DNA of 64,000 nt from the IMG/VR virus record IMGVR_UViG_3300035034_002581; one strand, written 5' to 3'. This document shows, in pieces, positions 1-8,839 of this stretch. Below the pieces are notes generated by a model. That model was not told where the DNA came from. It worked only from the letters and a program-made list of their open reading frames with translations, and searched no databases. The position numbers and the translations under genes were made by a program. Origin of the DNA: a virus. The number at the start of each line of letters is the position of its first letter. Position 1 is the stretch's first letter.

Positions 1-1630
1 CACCAATCCTTTGAATAATGTTCTCAATTGGAATAAGTGCTTTGCCCAAGACAGTGCCTCTGTCTTTTTCAAGTGCTTGGTATTGTGACCAAACTTCAGC
101 ATCAGCCTTCTCTAAAAAGTCTTTTTTGCCAACGTCTTTTTTGTTTCCGGTCACAAGTCTATAAGCAGCCTGCTTTAGAATACTGTCAGGAATTCCTCGC
201 TCTGCTAAGATTTTCTCTGCAAGGTGTATTGCTAGATCACCAACAGTATTGCTTTCGTCAAGTCCAGCTTTAGATATAACTTTGTCAAGCCTACCCTTAA
301 GATCGCTCATTACATGATCAGCGTCTAGTGATCTTTTAAGTTTGAGCAATGGCACAGCGCCCATTTTAATCTTGCTTTCAAGCTTGTCAATCGCATCTTC
401 AGCGTCGCTAACAAATGTGCGATAAGCAGCATTATCAACTTCAGCATCTGGTCCAACAGCTTCGGCCTGTATAAACCTAATGTGAGGTTCTTCATAGACA
501 ATAGTATTTGGATTGTTTGGTGCAAGTAAGGCAGACTCAACTAATACCTGGCCGTTTTGGAACAGCTGGTTGGCATTCTGGGGATTCTTCTTAACAACGT
601 AGTTAATGGCATCATATGCCATAAGAAAAGCGTCTCTGACGGTCATTCTGTCATTGTACTTAGATTGAATAGTGGCTCTATTCATGCCTCCACGCTGGAC
701 TCGATTCCAGTTTGCACCCTTGGAGAAGAATTGAAGCTCACCGTCTACGACACTGAATGTAACATTTTGACCATCCATCTTTTCTTGGATGTCTTCGAGC
801 TTCCCGTCGACGACCGCCTCGATCACTTCGTAAAGCTCAGACAGCGGCATATCAAGATCTTCATAGAAGTTAAGGATATGTGCCTCTAAACCCTCAGTAA
901 CAAGCGACTCTCTAATTAGGTTTCTAAGTAGTCTTGAAGACTCTGCCATTGGTAATCCTTGGAGGAGAACTGCAATTATTTTATCTTTATCGTCTTCTGA
1001 CAAGAAATTAGGAAGATACTTTGAGATTCTAGTTCTATCTCTCGTGCCGATAACAGCGCGAACATCTGAGCCTCTTACGTTTATGAGATCTGATAGTTCT
1101 TCGTCAGATGCATCTGGATACATTGTTTTCATCGCGGAGATCATACGATCGATTCCGTCATCTTCGTCATTTAGTCCACTATCAAAAGCTAATCTCTTTG
1201 AAGACACAAGATTGCCAAAGTATCTTTCTTCTTTCTCTGTACCAATGTAACTAGTGAATCTTCTTAGATCATTTGGATCAGAGTAGATAGTAAGCTTTGT
1301 CACACTATCAGGATCTATACCTAAGTTTGCAAGCTCAGTATTCGTGCTTTTTGCGACGTCCTCGATTGCCTTAAAAGTTTTCACGATTGGTGAAGGTGTT
1401 CCAAGCTGAACTGACAGCTTTTCACCGAACTTTTTCTCAAGAGAAGGCTTCACGATCTCAAAGATCTCTTTGCCCATTTCTTTTGTAAAAAGATAGTCTG
1501 ATCCTTTCTTGCGTCCAGAAATAGCATAGTAAAGTACTACAAAGTCATTCTCTCTCATTGCCAAAGCAAGCTTTGAAAAGTGACCTGTTGTAAATGGCTT
1601 AAATCCGCCGCCGAAAATTCCTACTCTCAT
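1..1630 (-). CDS. HxGH-type nucleotidyltransferase domain fused to Rnl2/Rnl3-like RNA ligase (partial; C-terminus beyond window start)
   Basis: Manual translation of the minus strand from ATG at ~1630 gives MRVGIFGGGFKPFTTGHFSKL. This is a G-x-F-x-P-x-T-x-G-H (HxGH) nucleotidyltransferase signature as in NMNAT/NadD-type enzymes. About 290 aa downstream lies EKMDGQNVTF, a KxDG adenylation motif of the Rnl2/Rnl3 type (compare T4 Rnl2 EKIHGTNFS). No stop is seen down to position 1, and the ORF is absent from the table only because it is truncated. The start overlaps the upstream gene's stop in an ATGA coupling. Confidence 0.5.
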   Translation of the reverse strand, partial: MRVGIFGGGFKPFTTGHFSKLALAMRENDFVVLYYAISGRKKGSDYLFTKEMGKEIFEIVKPSLEKKFGEKLSVQLGTPSPIVKTFKAIEDVAKSTNTELANLGIDPDSVTKLTIYSDPNDLRRFTSYIGTEKEERYFGNLVSSKRLAFDSGLNDEDDGIDRMISAMKTMYPDASDEELSDLINVRGSDVRAVIGTRDRTRISKYLPNFLSEDDKDKIIAVLLQGLPMAESSRLLRNLIRESLVTEGLEAHILNFYEDLDMPLSELYEVIEAVVDGKLEDIQEKMDGQNVTFSVVDGELQFFSKGANWNRVQRGGMNRATIQSKYNDRMTVRDAFLMAYDAINYVVKKNPQNANQLFQNGQVLVESALLAPNNPNTIVYEEPHIRFIQAEAVGPDAEVDNAAYRTFVSDAEDAIDKLESKIKMGAVPLLKLKRSLDADHVMSDLKGRLDKVISKAGLDESNTVGDLAIHLAEKILAERGIPDSILKQAAYRLVTGNKKDVGKKDFLEKADAEVWSQYQALEKDRGTVLGKALIPIENIIQRIG

Positions 1631-2931
1631 TTTTCAAATTCCTTTTTGACTATTTCGTATGCTTTGTCATTAAGCTTTAAAAGTTTCTCATATTTGTCAT
1701 CTTCTAAACCGCGACTTTTCTTACTGTCAATTGCACTTTGAAGCCTGTCTTTATACGAAGACAATAGTACACTGAGTTCTGATGACGCACTGTCAATAAT
1801 ACCTGCAGACTCAAGAGTGTTTACAAGGCCTACTATACCATTAGCTGCTGAAGAAATAGTGATATTTTCCGTATTCATTCCGGGATTTTTGATCAAGATG
1901 TCATCTAGCTCTACTTCGCCTTGTGTTAAGTAGTTTGCTATGTCAGCAAAGATTGTAGACAGGCTCTTTCCTACTCTGACCAACTTTACATTTTTGCGCG
2001 TCTTGAATGGAACAGCAGAGCCAGCTTGTGTTTTTGCAAGAATTCCTCTGTCCGATATCGACAAGTTATATCTGTCAGACAAGATCGCGTAGACATTTCC
2101 AAGCGTATAACCTTTAAGCCCTCTTTCTGGAGTCCACCTAGCAGGCATCCATCCACTCTTGCCATCATCAGACACATACTGTGGATGTGTTACAATAGTA
2201 TCTACTTGTACATGTTGGCCATCAGGAAGTTTTACAATAAGAAGTGTTGGGCTACTCTTAACTGTAGCGGGAACGTTTACTAATCTCTGTACCTGTGGAT
2301 CACTACTTAAAAAGTCTACGAGTAACTTCGTATAAACCCTGTTTGCAAGGTTCTCGGCTTTTCTCTCATCTTCAGGTGAAGCATCTTTGTCAACTTCTAC
2401 CGGAAATGCTACGAGATAGTCAACATCACCATACTCTTTGCCAGGGTTTGATTTAAGATCTTTTTTGTAATAAGCCGTCGATCCGACTGGGCCTAATGCT
2501 TTAACGGGTCGAGCACCTTTCTTTGCAAGGTACTTGTTCCAGAGTTCAATTGCTTCTACATAGATAGCAACTGCCTGTGCTACTACTTCTGGGGTCAAGA
2601 CTGTGTCTCTTGTTAGATCAGGTGCCTTGAGACCACCCTCGGCAATCATTCTAATTGCCTTTCTAAGTCGATTTTCTTCGATAAGGTTGTTTTTCAGTCC
2701 ATAACGCTTTGCAACACGAAGTTTCTTTCTCAACTCTTCTACTGCACGTGCGTAGATATACCTTGACTTTGATGTGCGACCTTGTCGATTTCTAATTCTA
2801 ATTAGTTCATCAAGAGAGCCTTGCAAGTCGTCAATGTGCTTCTGTGAGCCATAGTCAACACTTTTACCACGTGAGGTGATAAAAGGTTTCATGACAGCTT
2901 CACGTATAAATTCTCGTAGATTGTCTTTCAT
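1627..2931 (-). CDS. Pol-beta-superfamily nucleotidyltransferase (minimal NTase fold)
   Basis: 434 aa. The segment GPVGSTAYYKKDLKSNPGKEYGDVDYLVAF matches the hG[GS]...DxD pattern of Pol-beta-fold NTases (CCA-adding, CD-NTase or OAS-like). It is translationally coupled to the downstream ligase-fusion gene. Confidence 0.4.
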   Translation of the reverse strand: MKDNLREFIREAVMKPFITSRGKSVDYGSQKHIDDLQGSLDELIRIRNRQGRTSKSRYIYARAVEELRKKLRVAKRYGLKNNLIEENRLRKAIRMIAEGGLKAPDLTRDTVLTPEVVAQAVAIYVEAIELWNKYLAKKGARPVKALGPVGSTAYYKKDLKSNPGKEYGDVDYLVAFPVEVDKDASPEDERKAENLANRVYTKLLVDFLSSDPQVQRLVNVPATVKSSPTLLIVKLPDGQHVQVDTIVTHPQYVSDDGKSGWMPARWTPERGLKGYTLGNVYAILSDRYNLSISDRGILAKTQAGSAVPFKTRKNVKLVRVGKSLSTIFADIANYLTQGEVELDDILIKNPGMNTENITISSAANGIVGLVNTLESAGIIDSASSELSVLLSSYKDRLQSAIDSKKSRGLEDDKYEKLLKLNDKAYEIVKKEFEK

Positions 2932-2959
2932 ATGCGCATTCCTACAGCGTTAAGTATTC

Positions 2960-2990
2960 AAAAGTATACTCAAAAATCAAGCTGTCAAGA
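2960..2990 (-). promoter_or_regulatory. sigma70-like promoter candidate plus AGGAA ribosome-binding site upstream of the NTase gene
   Basis: The minus strand reads TTGACA gcttgatttttgag TATACT ... AGGAAtgcgcatATG. The -35 hexamer is perfect but the spacer is short (14-16 nt), so this is weak. Confidence 0.25.
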
Positions 2991-3002
2991 AATAGCTTAA
3001 TA

Positions 3003-3746
3003 CTACATTAGTTCTTTTAGACGTCTACGCAGTGCTTCAGTCCTTTGCTTTCTTCCTACATCAATAGGAGGTGCAGTGTTTTCTACACCTGAAGAGCTTC
3101 CGGAACTCTGTGGAGACTGGGAGACTTTCTTTTTCTTCTTTTGCGAGGAATCATCGGACTTCTTACTATTTCTTGATTTAGCGTCAGACGACATCTTAAC
3201 ATTGTAAGGTTCATCAGAAGGCTCATCGGCCTCGGAACCGTCGATTCCAGCAGTTAATACTTGCGCAATTCCATCAAGAAATGCATAAAGTGCTGACTGC
3301 TCATCATCACTAAGCTCACCAAAGTACGTCTTCAGTTCCCCTCTGATCTCTTGATCTCTAAGTGATCTACCTGATCGGATTGTGTTGACTCTATCTTTAA
3401 TCATCGTAAACGTAATTTCTTCTGCAGGCCTAGATGACTTCTTGGGATTTTCTTTTTCTTCGGGTTCGACTTCAAGTTTCTCTTTCTTGCGTGCTTTCTT
3501 TTTATCCCCGTCTTCTTCGTCTCCAAGTAGATCATCATCCGCTTCATCGTGGACATCCGTATCTTTCTTGCCAGACTTCTTTAGCTTACCTAAGCTTCCA
3601 GCTAAGTCTGTCTGGAACATTCTTTCGCTTTCTGCAGAAGAAGTAGATTTTTTTCGTGCGCTATGAACGCTTTCTTCGACAATAATCTTCAAGAACTCTT
3701 TTAGATTTGACGACGTTGTAATCTTTGCCATTATTTTTTTCTCCAC
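3003..3746 (-). CDS. K/E/D-rich low-complexity protein with a leader-family-like N-terminus
   Basis: 247 aa. The internal Met gives MAKITTSSNLKEFLKIIVEESV, which resembles the shared M+x+xxL+xLI+EE leader seen in nine other proteins. The rest is a long charged low-complexity region. Confidence 0.35.
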   Translation of the reverse strand: MEKKIMAKITTSSNLKEFLKIIVEESVHSARKKSTSSAESERMFQTDLAGSLGKLKKSGKKDTDVHDEADDDLLGDEEDGDKKKARKKEKLEVEPEEKENPKKSSRPAEEITFTMIKDRVNTIRSGRSLRDQEIRGELKTYFGELSDDEQSALYAFLDGIAQVLTAGIDGSEADEPSDEPYNVKMSSDAKSRNSKKSDDSSQKKKKKVSQSPQSSGSSSGVENTAPPIDVGRKQRTEALRRRLKELM

Positions 3747-3935
3747 ACAGTTTTGTTCTGCGGGCGCTCTCTGTAAAGACGATTGTATTTTCTCTGAGGG
3801 CTCTCTTCCTGCTCCTCGGACAATGTTTTGACTCTCTTCTTTGAAACGTCTTCACGTTTACAAATGTCATCCATGAACTTATCAAATCCGTTAGACATGG
3901 TTGAAACTCCTAAGTGTATAGTAGTACGTATCTTG

Positions 3936-4325
3936 CTAGTAGTGAACGTTGACAGTCATTAAACAACTGCCCTTCTTAAACTCAATGCTATGTGAGATTC
4001 CCTTAAATATCTCTGAAGTAAGCCAGAAGGTTTTTGCGTCTTTATTTGGGCGAAATCCCATAGAAACAACTACATTCCCTTCTAGTACCTTCTGGACATC
4101 TTCCTGTAATACACTTAAAGCTACTTGTACGATTCTACCTGAACGATCCCACATCATAGCCTCCGGCTGACCTATGAACTGTCCAGTCTTCATATTCACA
4201 AGCATGTCGGGTGAATCTGCGGTAGTTTCTAAAGCCTTCTTCTTTTTCTTTGGCTCAAACTGCGAAGGATCAACGATATTCTTAATCGAATCGGACATCA
4301 AAATATCAGTCATTTGTCCTCTCAA
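3936..4325 (-). CDS. hypothetical protein
   Basis: 129-aa ORF in the minus-strand gene series. It contains a KKKKK stretch and has no recognisable motif. Confidence 0.3.
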   Translation of the reverse strand: MRGQMTDILMSDSIKNIVDPSQFEPKKKKKALETTADSPDMLVNMKTGQFIGQPEAMMWDRSGRIVQVALSVLQEDVQKVLEGNVVVSMGFRPNKDAKTFWLTSEIFKGISHSIEFKKGSCLMTVNVHY

Positions 4326-4725
4326 AGTGATAGACTACATCTTCAAATATAGAATCAACTTCTTCTGCATAGTCGAGATCGATCTCTGTAATGTCATCGA
4401 TGTCTCTCGTCCAAACTTCTACTTTGACTCTACTTTCAAACATAGTAATTTTTGCATTATGGTGAATGTTGTCTTCGTAGTCAATTATTTCAAGGAAGAA
4501 TGCGGCTTTCATTCTTGAATCTTGAAAGTCAAAGACACGGGATAACCTTTTAGAGTCACCCGTGTCTTTGACAGACCATTTCTCTTCATTTACACTAATA
4601 GGAAGATCGTCTGTATGAGCCGAACTTTGTGCTTTAGGTAAAATAGAGTCGATGTACGAAAACGAAGGCAGATTTAGGTGCTCGCGCTCGTCAGGTTTTA
4701 TGTTGACCGCTTCTGACAATTTCAC
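4306..4725 (-). CDS. hypothetical protein
   Basis: 139-aa ORF, co-oriented and tightly packed with its neighbours. Confidence 0.3.
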   Translation of the reverse strand: MKLSEAVNIKPDEREHLNLPSFSYIDSILPKAQSSAHTDDLPISVNEEKWSVKDTGDSKRLSRVFDFQDSRMKAAFFLEIIDYEDNIHHNAKITMFESRVKVEVWTRDIDDITEIDLDYAEEVDSIFEDVVYHFERTND

Positions 4726-4742
4726 TTTTCCTGCCTTCGTTT

Positions 4743-5960
4743 TTACTTACTCTTTCGTGCTGCCTTCTTCTTTCTTACGCGCTCGAGGTCTTTCTCTTTT
4801 CTCTTTGCAACGTAGTCCTGAAGTTCTGGATTGCTTCTCATCATCTTCGACCAGACCTTCTTCAATGCAAGCCTGAAGGGCTCGTACTTCATGAGCTCAT
4901 CGAAATTGTTGTCAAAATAGCTTCCTGCATATGACTTAAAGGAATCCAGTTCGGCAACGTACTCTGTTCTGTTCTTGAGTGTAGTAGCATCTTCTGGTTC
5001 GATAATGCCCTCTGCTTCAAGTTCTCCGACATAGTGATCAATGACTGTCCTGATGACTGGGTCGTTGTGATTAAGCGGCGTTTTAAGCTTACCGTCTTCT
5101 AGCTTAGTAATAAAATCTGCGGCTGTACTAATCATGATTTTTTCACGTTGCTTTTCTGGCATGTTTACAAGGAACATAACCTTGTCCATTAAGTTAAGCT
5201 TACGTGGATCTTCTAGGAATTGTCTAACAGCTGATGGTGTATTTAGACCTTCAACTTCGCCTGCGATTGCATCAAGTGTAAGTGGGTTTCCATAATCACC
5301 TGGATCACCGATCGGCTCTGCCTTGTATCCTGGCTTCTCCCACTCTTCGTATGTGTCATCGTCAAGCCAATCAAACTGCTTGCGCTTCTTTTTAAGCTTA
5401 ATATCTGACCAGGACTTTGGAACTGCCGCATTAGACTTAGCACGAAGCGCATCTGATGCACTCTTCTGTCCAGCCTCTTCTTCTGAATATGGACCTTCTT
5501 CTCCGGGCTTGAGTCTTGGTTCATCCTCTTCAAAGTCATCTAGCATGCCAGCGAAAGAATCACCGTTCGCTTCTTTGATTAGGTGCCTAATTTTCGCGCG
5601 CAAACGCTGCTCGTAAACATTCATGTTCATATCCTCTTCTTTTTGCCAGGCGACTGCGTCCTGTGATAGATCTTTAAGTTTTCTAAAAAACTTTTCAACT
5701 TGCTTTGGTGGAACTAACTTGGCAAGTGCAAATGCTGCCCTTGACAATGCAGCAACATTGTGAGGCTCATATTCTGTGTCTTCCACAGGAGGCAACTCAA
5801 ATATACCTTCGGGTTGCATTGTTTCTGACGCTTCGACAGGTGGCTTTGATGCTTTCGGCTCAGAAACAACAGCAGGCGCCGGCTTTTCTTTCGAATCGGC
5901 ACTTGTAATTGTCTCTATGAGCAAATCTACTATTGCATCTTTGCTAACTGTTACAGCCAT
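4743..5960 (-). CDS. hypothetical acidic protein
   Basis: 405-aa ORF. It is D/E-rich with predicted coiled-coil character and no catalytic motif. Confidence 0.35.
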   Translation of the reverse strand: MAVTVSKDAIVDLLIETITSADSKEKPAPAVVSEPKASKPPVEASETMQPEGIFELPPVEDTEYEPHNVAALSRAAFALAKLVPPKQVEKFFRKLKDLSQDAVAWQKEEDMNMNVYEQRLRAKIRHLIKEANGDSFAGMLDDFEEDEPRLKPGEEGPYSEEEAGQKSASDALRAKSNAAVPKSWSDIKLKKKRKQFDWLDDDTYEEWEKPGYKAEPIGDPGDYGNPLTLDAIAGEVEGLNTPSAVRQFLEDPRKLNLMDKVMFLVNMPEKQREKIMISTAADFITKLEDGKLKTPLNHNDPVIRTVIDHYVGELEAEGIIEPEDATTLKNRTEYVAELDSFKSYAGSYFDNNFDELMKYEPFRLALKKVWSKMMRSNPELQDYVAKRKEKDLERVRKKKAARKSK

Positions 5961-6030
5961 ATTAAAACCTCAACTTGTCTTGTTGCTATCCATACATATC
6001 GAGAAGAACTTCAAATAGCAATTTAACTAT

Positions 6031-6474
6031 TCACTGACTAGCTGCCTGGCCGATTGCCCATCCTGAAAGTACTGTTAGACCGATGCCTGCTATTGTTCCG
6101 CCAGCAAACCAAAGTGCTGTATTTGGCTTCTTTTGAGACATCAGTTCCTTTGACAAGAAATCGATCTGTTCATCTCTGATTTCAATTCTCTGCTGACACA
6201 GTGTTTCAGCAGTATCGAGCTTAATTTTTAGCGAATCTATCTCTCCGTCTTTTACTATCTTGATAGATTCTACTGCTCTTGTCATCTCAAGTTTACAGGC
6301 TTCTTCAGAAAAATCTAGTTGGGTCATAATTTTTGCTGCGGCTTCGGTGCTAAGTAGAGTGCCCGTGAAGGGTACTATTTCACCCTCCTCAACGGTAGTT
6401 ATAACTTCAGCACCAAAAGCATTAAATGGCAAAAGTAATGCTACAGCTAAGAGTAAGAGTTTAGTCAATGACAA
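6031..6474 (-). CDS. secreted/membrane-anchored protein (lysis-cassette candidate)
   Basis: The N-terminal signal-like segment is MSLTKLLLLAVALLLPFNAFGAEV. There is a C-terminal hydrophobic segment GGTIAGIGLTVLSGWAIG. No lipobox Cys is present. Confidence 0.3.
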   Translation of the reverse strand: MSLTKLLLLAVALLLPFNAFGAEVITTVEEGEIVPFTGTLLSTEAAAKIMTQLDFSEEACKLEMTRAVESIKIVKDGEIDSLKIKLDTAETLCQQRIEIRDEQIDFLSKELMSQKKPNTALWFAGGTIAGIGLTVLSGWAIGQAASQ

Positions 6475-6874
6475 CAGTTACTCCCGTAAGCTCAGCTATT
6501 CTTCTTGTAATGTAATTTGGATTATTGTTGTTTTCTTTTATTGCTTTTGTAATTTCTTTTTTTGCTGCCCTGTCTAGTGTACGCTTTTCTTTTTTGTACT
6601 TTTCTTCGACTTCTTTGAGTGCTTTAGTGGTTCTAAGTTCAACTTCTCTAATTTCTCTTTGCTCTGTTTCTTCTGATACTTTAATTGCAAGAAGCTCTTT
6701 TTCATGTTTATCTCTTAGTTCGCTAATCCACTTTGAAAAATCAGGTGCTCTTTTCTTTCCCATTAAGAGTATTACTAAGGCTAGAATAACTGCGCCTAAA
6801 ACAAATTCGCTGTACTGCTTCATCCAGACAAATGTTTTATAGATAGTACTTTTAATCGCTAACAATGTAATCAT
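6461..6874 (-). CDS. type-II membrane protein with coiled coil (i-spanin/Rz-like candidate)
   Basis: The N-terminal TM segment is FVLGAVILALVILLMG. It is followed by a highly charged helical region (EETEQREIREVELRTTKALKEVEEKYKKEKR). Confidence 0.3.
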   Translation of the reverse strand: MITLLAIKSTIYKTFVWMKQYSEFVLGAVILALVILLMGKKRAPDFSKWISELRDKHEKELLAIKVSEETEQREIREVELRTTKALKEVEEKYKKEKRTLDRAAKKEITKAIKENNNNPNYITRRIAELTGVTVVID

Positions 6875-7107
6875 TTTTCCGTCTCTCTATATGCTACTAT
6901 TGAATCAATAAAACCTTGTGTACCAACATACGCAACAGCAAGTGTCATCCAGTGATCTGGAGTTAATCCAAGTCCCATGCCAAAAAAGAAAGTCCCTACT
7001 AGAAACACAGTTAGCTTCCGAGAGATGACCTTTCCTACCGTTCTGTCCAGCCAAGATCCATTCTTGTTGTCTACCAGGTTTTTTGCTTTTGGTGAAAGTT
7101 CTGACAT
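6871..7107 (-). CDS. small two-TM protein (holin-like candidate)
   Basis: 78 aa with two hydrophobic segments (LTVFLVGTFFFGMGLGL and WMTLAVAYVGTQGFI). It overlaps the downstream membrane-protein gene. Confidence 0.3.
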   Translation of the reverse strand: MSELSPKAKNLVDNKNGSWLDRTVGKVISRKLTVFLVGTFFFGMGLGLTPDHWMTLAVAYVGTQGFIDSIVAYRETEK

Positions 7108-7121
7108 TGCATTAGTACTCC

Positions 7122-7430
7122 TTAATCTTTAAGCGGCGATTGTGCCTCCAATAGACTAAATAGATCTTCAACTTCGCTTTCTTCCAATTGTTTGACAACT
7201 TTGTTTCTTTTTTCTGTCTTAACCTTAGCTAAAAGACGCATCATGTATGGATCTTCAAGGCCAATCCTCTGAGCAACTTCTTCAAACACAGACTGAATTG
7301 AGAGTTCACCATTTTGAAGCAGTTTAACTCTTAGGCGTGTATGAGTCGTTTTTGTCATCTCGACGTGAACTGTCTTTTTCTTTGTAATTTCCCCAGCAAG
7401 AATCGATGCTCTTGTTCTCTTCTTTCTCAT
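7122..7430 (-). CDS. basic hypothetical protein
   Basis: 102 aa with a K/R-rich N-terminus. Confidence 0.3.
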   Translation of the reverse strand: MRKKRTRASILAGEITKKKTVHVEMTKTTHTRLRVKLLQNGELSIQSVFEEVAQRIGLEDPYMMRLLAKVKTEKRNKVVKQLEESEVEDLFSLLEAQSPLKD

Positions 7431-7963
7431 TAGATACCTCCCGGACCAGCTCCTGCAGCTGCGGGTCTACGAGGCTCATTATCAGAAGGCTCAAGTGATA
7501 GATCGAACTGTGTATCGAGTGTCTCTTCTAGTGCATCTACAAATCCAGGACCATAGTTTTCTTCAACAAAGTTAATTGATCTGTTTAAGATTACTGTCTC
7601 AATGTCCAGGAGGTTTCGATAATTTTGAACAAGTCGAGCAACTCTACGAGCAAACTCATCAATGTCGATAGGTGGTTTGTCTGGCACACCCTCTGCATCC
7701 GCTTCGACATCAGAGCTATTAGGTACATCACCTCCTTCTTCGCTCTCTTCTTCGACATCGTCTTCGGGTGCCTCTATGAGGGTGGCCAGACTGTATAAGT
7801 AACCCTCTTCTTTGAGTTCTTCATCAATTGATTCATTTTCAAATCTAATTAGTAGTGAGTCGATTTGATCATCAACAGAGTCATCTGACAAGCGTGCTTT
7901 TCCACTAATGTTTGCAAGCTCTTCAAAGATGAGAGTTCGTAATGTGTTCTTTGATAGTTTCAT
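7430..7963 (-). CDS. acidic protein, shared-leader family member 1
   Basis: The N-terminus is MKLSKNTLRTLIFEELANISGK. The remainder is strongly acidic (EDDVEEESEEGGDVPNSSDVEADAEG). Confidence 0.45.
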   Translation of the reverse strand: MKLSKNTLRTLIFEELANISGKARLSDDSVDDQIDSLLIRFENESIDEELKEEGYLYSLATLIEAPEDDVEEESEEGGDVPNSSDVEADAEGVPDKPPIDIDEFARRVARLVQNYRNLLDIETVILNRSINFVEENYGPGFVDALEETLDTQFDLSLEPSDNEPRRPAAAGAGPGGI

Positions 7964-8244
7964 TAGTAGGTGTCTTCCTCAATCTCTTGCCCTGACGCTA
8001 GCATTTCGTACGAAAATGCACTTTTTCCACAATCGTAATCATCTTCGTCTGCTAAGATCTCTTCTCCACCACAACTTGGGCAACCACAACCGCAGTCGCT
8101 TCCTGTTTCATCGTCATACTCTTCATATTCGTCATACAAATCAGGAGAATACTCTTGTGGAACTAATGCAAAGCTGTCTCTTCCAATTGAGCGTGACAGC
8201 TCTTCTCTAATAATTCTTTTGAGCGTGCTTTTCTTAATTTTCAT
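7963..8244 (-). CDS. acidic Cys-cluster protein, shared-leader family member 2
   Basis: The N-terminus is MKIKKSTLKRIIREELSRSIG. It carries a CGCGCPSCGG cluster and an acidic tail. Confidence 0.45.
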   Translation of the reverse strand: MKIKKSTLKRIIREELSRSIGRDSFALVPQEYSPDLYDEYEEYDDETGSDCGCGCPSCGGEEILADEDDYDCGKSAFSYEMLASGQEIEEDTY

Positions 8245-8492
8245 TACTTTTCTCCGAATTCTTTTCGAACGTCCGATCTTTCATCATCGTCAAGTTCTTC
8301 ATCCCAGATTTTACCTGCAATTTCTCTTGCGTGATCTTCGTCATCTATGCCTGGAGTTTTTTGAACTGTATCTAGAGTTTCTTTCCACCAATTTTCGGGT
8401 GCACGAGATTCTGCATCTTCGTCAGCTTCTTCAATATAAGAGTTCAACGACTCTCTAATTAGAGCGCGAAGCCTACCTTTGGTAATTTTCAT
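8244..8492 (-). CDS. acidic protein, shared-leader family member 3
   Basis: The N-terminus is MKITKGRLRALIRESLNSYIEE. The body is D/E-rich. Confidence 0.45.
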   Translation of the reverse strand: MKITKGRLRALIRESLNSYIEEADEDAESRAPENWWKETLDTVQKTPGIDDEDHAREIAGKIWDEELDDDERSDVRKEFGEK

Positions 8493-8515
8493 AGTTGATA
8501 CTCCTCTTTTAAGTT

Positions 8516-8839
8516 CTACAACGTCTGTCGAATTAATTCAATTGCGTTTTCTTCTGGCATATTTCTAATTAGGCTTTTGTACAACTGATAGTCTCTAAAT
8601 ACTAAATCCTCCAAAACATCTGCAGGATCAGCATCTCTTGGGATAGCGTCTTGGCTCCGATCTCTACGCGTACTCTGAATGTACTTTTCAAGATCAGTCT
8701 TTAGGCTTAGTGGTGTTTCACCAAATGCACTTGTGTCGCTTCTGCTGAAATTACTACTAAAGTACATTGGATCATCGTCGATCATCTCCTGTAGTACTTC
8801 TTTAATTGATTCTCTGAGAAGCTTTCTTGTCTTGTTCAT
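8516..8839 (-). CDS. shared-leader family member 4
   Basis: The N-terminus is MNKTRKLLRESIKEVLQEMIDD. Confidence 0.4.
   Translation of the reverse strand: MNKTRKLLRESIKEVLQEMIDDDPMYFSSNFSRSDTSAFGETPLSLKTDLEKYIQSTRRDRSQDAIPRDADPADVLEDLVFRDYQLYKSLIRNMPEENAIELIRQTL

Noticed and set aside
3661-3885. 74-aa basic ORF
   Set aside because: It overlaps the start of the 3003..3746 gene by ~70-86 nt in another frame and has no motif. It is probably spurious or mis-started.
6031-6474. o-spanin (outer-membrane lipoprotein) call
   Set aside because: No lipobox Cys follows the signal-like segment. A C-terminal hydrophobic segment is present instead.
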